Shown here in pieces: positions 60,101-64,000 of a stretch of DNA of 64,000 nt. How positions within the stretch are numbered: position 1 is the first letter of the stretch; each line of letters starts with the position of its first letter. The notes under the pieces are model-generated. The model ran no database searches, was not told where the DNA came from, and was given only the letters and a program-made list of their open reading frames with translations. The translations under genes were made by a program, and so were the position numbers. Source of the DNA: the human T2T-CHM13v2.0 reference genome, Homo sapiens; assembly GCF_009914755.1 (NCBI RefSeq), contig NC_060932.1. One strand, written 5' to 3'.

Positions 60101-61539
60101 TGTGTTTGTTTATCTGCCAACTTCAGCAATCAATCCAGGGTGGGAGGGCAGGCATGGTGACATTTCAATGTCTTGGTCAGAAGTGTGGAAATTCTAGTTG
60201 CAGCTTACATCTATTTTCATGGCCATCTTGATTTGTATTGCTGTTGGGTTTTCTATGAGCCTGGAATGCCTGTAAAGCTAAGATTCAATGTGAAATCTCA
60301 GAAGCCTTCATCTAATTCATTCTGAAACGGATTGGATTTTTACTCTAATAATAAATCTAACAAGTTTGGGGGACACTTTTGAGTCCACTAATGTTCCTTC
60401 TCTTATTTTTGGGGTGTTAGTCAACAAAATCCACCAGTGTGGAAGCCTCAAGGCTTTCTTCTGTATCTTGAGAGACTCCTTTTGAGTTTGCCTATTAGCT
60501 CTCCATGGCTAATGATGTTTCCCTAATCATTTTCAAAGAATTGGATATCATTGCAACAATGAAGTTATATAAATTCATTTTTAAATTAAATTCCAGTGTT
60601 TAAAAACTATTACCTTATTATATAATGTTCAATGTTAAAATGGTTAGCTGAAAAGTCAAATTATCCCAGTGAGAGTATATTTATTTGTAGAATTTTCCAA
60701 GAACAACATTTGTGAATGTTGAGAAAAAAATAGGTAGAAATAATTTAAGATCAAAAACACGCCAAGACCAAAACATCAAAACGTCTTTCTCTGAAAGACG
60801 TTATTGGGGGAAAACTCAAAAACCGTCTGGTTTAGATTATAAAATATAAGAGTAAAAAGAGTAGTGGTGTTTGAGACATCAGCTTTATACTTCTGGAATT
60901 TTATAATTGCACTGTCTTTCTTTCTTTAAAAACAAAGCAAAACAAAACCTTTTGTTTTTACTCTTTATGTTTTATTCCCTCATCAGGGGAGGGGTGGTTT
61001 GGTGAGGCTGAAGGGATATGTCACATATGATATTAAGGGAGGCCCGTGTGATTTCTTTCTTTACTTTTCATATCTCAATTCCCTGGCCATTCAATTTAGT
61101 TCCGGAGGTGCTGACAGCTGGTAATATGTTAAACTGCAATCCACTTTTTGGAAGTTATTGATATTTCCTAACTGAGGTTTAATGGTGTGAGTTGGCTTAG
61201 GTGAAAATGTGCCAAGGTCTTGGGTCTCCTGTGCCTCATTCAGGTTTGTTGGAGTTCCAGGAACATACTGCCAGGAGCTAGAAACCATGTTGCTGCCTGG
61301 TCCTCCCAAGTCAAATGAATCTCAATTACCTGTGACTTTCAGCGTGCCCTGCATAGACTAACAGAGGGACCAGACTGTGATGCTTTTTGAGGGCTGTTTA
61401 TTTGTTTGAGTTACAAAAGCTGATGAAAGTCAGAGATTTAAAACATCTACCTCTTCAAAATTAATAGCTGCTTACATTTTAGAAAGTAGTCCCAATTTAT
61501 TTTAGCAAAAAGCCATTAGGAAAAAAAAAAACACGTCAA

Positions 61540-61642
61540 TAGATCTGGAACTAGACAGCAGTGATGGTTTCACAGTATCGTGAATGTGCTAAATGTTACT
61601 AATGGTAAATTTTGTGTAATGTCTATTTCATCACAATAAAAA
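61540..61642 (+). mobile_element. Short L1M 3' end
   Basis: tctggaactagacagcagtgatggtttcacag...atggtaaattttgtgtaatgtctatttcatcacaataaaa. Confidence 0.7.
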
Positions 61643-62369
61643 GAAGTCAGTAGAAAAAGTTTACCTTACCCTAGTGGCTAAGAATATTGATGCTGATTAT
61701 TATTGAAGCTGTGTTGTTTCTAAAGAGGTGGAGGAAGAAATGAATGGATGCATGGGGGTAATACTTCAAACTCAGAATAATTTATTGTGGGCACTAAATT
61801 TTATCTATGGAAAGTAGCAAATATCGTGAATATTCTTCTTAATATAGTATTTTCTATTAACAGTAAGGACTTAACATTTGTGGTGGTCACTATTTGTAAC
61901 AAAACAAAACAAAAGTGGCTTAAGGTGCATAATTTATAGTAATTAGTCATTTTGGAACGATAAAAAAACACTATATATTACAAGTCTACTTGGCCACCAG
62001 TAGCTCCCCTGGTTATGTATTGCCAACATATGTATAATAATATTCATGAGGTGATACAAACTTTGCTTCTTTGGGTAAAACAGTCATCACTTAAAAGATA
62101 AAAGTTAAAGAAAGATAGAAAATAATGTAGTTTTCATGTGGAGAGTTGGTAAACACATAGATACTGACAGAATCCCCCTTTAACAATAAAGGGCGATTTT
62201 AAAACAACTATGAAAATCTCTGAGTTCTAGCACTTGGGATTCATTTATTTCCTTTGTGAATGTCAAGGATATACTGTAATCTACTTTATTCAATACATCA
62301 AAACCATAATGAATGGGCTAAAACCCATGGATTGCCTTCTTAAAATAACTTGCTTTTGGTTAAATTAAA

Positions 62370-63075
62370 GATATATTTGTTGAGTAACTATTGTTTGCAA
62401 AGCATTGTGCTGATTGTTTTGGAAGAATATGGAGATTAGTAGGTACAGACTCTGTCCTTACAGAACTAGAAATATCATAGGTAGAAAAGATAGATGCCCA
62501 AAAGACAGCAATCCTTTAATAAAAGATTGATAAATGCTGGAAGTGAAAGTGGCCTGGAAGTTCACAAAGGAGAGAGGAAGTGAGCCAGCAAGAGTTAGCG
62601 CTTGGCTGTAAGGATGAGAAAAGATTCATAAAAGAGGTGGTGTTTGAAGAATAGATAAGAATTCAGCAACTGAGAAAGCATTTTGGGTGGCGGAACTGAA
62701 ATGATAACACAAATGTATGGAATAAGAAATGGCTGAGTGTTCAGAAAATGTCTACAATCTTAGTTTGGTTGGGAGTAGGAGATCAATGAGAATTAAGATT
62801 AAAAATTGGTCTTAAGTGTTAGGACTAGGAATGTTGTATTTAATTTGGAAAGAATTGGGAAGACACTGAAGGTTTCTGAGGAGGCACTGAAATGATCCAA
62901 GTTGTGCTTTGCTGCTAGGACTGGACTGAGTTGCTTGGGAAGAGATCTGCAGAGAGCTGATAGAGTGCCCTCTGAAGAAGAGAGAGCAGAAGGAATGAGG
63001 GCCTGGGCTGGGCTGGTGGCAGTAAGAAAAAGAGGCAGAATGTACATGATTTGGCAATCAATTGGGTGCAACTGG
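62370..63075 (-). mobile_element. L2 fragment
   Basis: tatttgttgagtaactattg...ttgggaagacactgaaggtttctgagg. Confidence 0.75.
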
Positions 63076-63374
63076 ATTAAGAAAGTTCTTGGGAGATGGC
63101 AACATAAGTGTGTCCAAGCTTCCCCCAAGCACATACCCCTCTCCTGAGCCGAAGCTTGCTGAGGCCAACAAGCATGTTAAGAGCTACAGGGGGTAAGGAT
63201 GGCCCCACCTCTGACTGATTCAGTTAGGGAGGATTGCTGCAGGATTTTTCTCCTGGGACCCTTATGAGAACCTGGAGTTAGTGAGAAGAGCCTTGGTGAG
63301 AAAAATAAAATAAATTGTATCCTGGTCTCCAGAGATGGGCATGTTTGTGATGATGTTATAAACAGAATAAAGAA

Positions 63375-64000
63375 CTTCTGGCTTCCAGTCTGGTGTATAA
63401 GAAAATTAGAAGTCATCCCTTCCACAGTCACAGCAAGAAAAAACTTAACAAACTGAAAATCAACAACTCTTTCTAGATCCATGAGAGAGTTGGGTCATAG
63501 GACAAACCATTTTTTCCCAAATTAGAGAGACAGACAGGAAGTTACAGAAAATCACAGCTCACTGAAGCAGAAACCCAGGAGCAGAAACCTCTATGAGAAC
63601 CAGTATTGGGTTCCTTTTACCCAGTACATCCCATTCAGCTTTCAATAAAAAATTACAAGTCATACTAAACGACAAAAGCACAGTTTCAAAAGACAAAGCA
63701 AGCATTAGAACCAGACTCATATATGGCAGAGATGTTGGAATTATCACAGTGGAAATTCAAGACAATTAATACGGTAAGGGCTCTAATTGAAAAAGTGAAC
63801 AACATGCAAGAATGGATGGGTAAGGTAAGCATAGAGATGGAAACTCTAAGAATCAAATGGAAATACTAGCAATAAAAAAAAAATTCAACAGAAATAATGT
63901 CTTTGATGAGCTTCAATACACTGGACATGGCCAAGGAAAAAAGTCAGTGCGCTTGAAGAAATGTCAATAGAAACTTGCAAAACCATGCAAAGAGAAAAAG
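63375..64000 (+). mobile_element. Old L1M 5'/ORF1 region, running off the window
   Basis: gaaccagactcatatatggcagagatgttggaattatc...agagatggaaactctaagaatcaaatggaaatactag. Confidence 0.75.

Overview
This is primate (human-like) genomic DNA, most likely intergenic or deep intronic, and a large part of it is transposon-derived. It holds about 15 Alus (J, S and Y), L1 fragments of many ages, L2, MIR, MaLR/ERVL LTRs and a full-length MER2. I recognise no host protein-coding exon. The long ORFs are L1 ORF2 pieces or artefacts of Alus, microsatellites and high GC. The best regulatory candidate is a CpG-rich island at about 5.1-5.85 kb with a strong CTCF motif, a perfect splice donor, a TATA box and TEAD/AP-1/E-box motifs; a second CpG-enriched element lies at about 59.5-60.1 kb. 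The most informative structure is the nested cluster at 21.3-30.7 kb. There, an old L1 carries a tailless 5' U6 snRNA retrocopy. Next to it is a decayed ERVL provirus with readable protease, RT and dUTPase motifs and an LTR16-type 3' LTR. That provirus is interrupted by a twin-primed (5'-inverted) L1PA3-like element with a 16-bp TSD and a short putative 3' transduction. I found no evidence of a new biological system; the findings are specific retrotransposition/recombination events and candidate regulatory elements. Subfamily names come from recalled consensus sequences and need RepeatMasker/Dfam confirmation.
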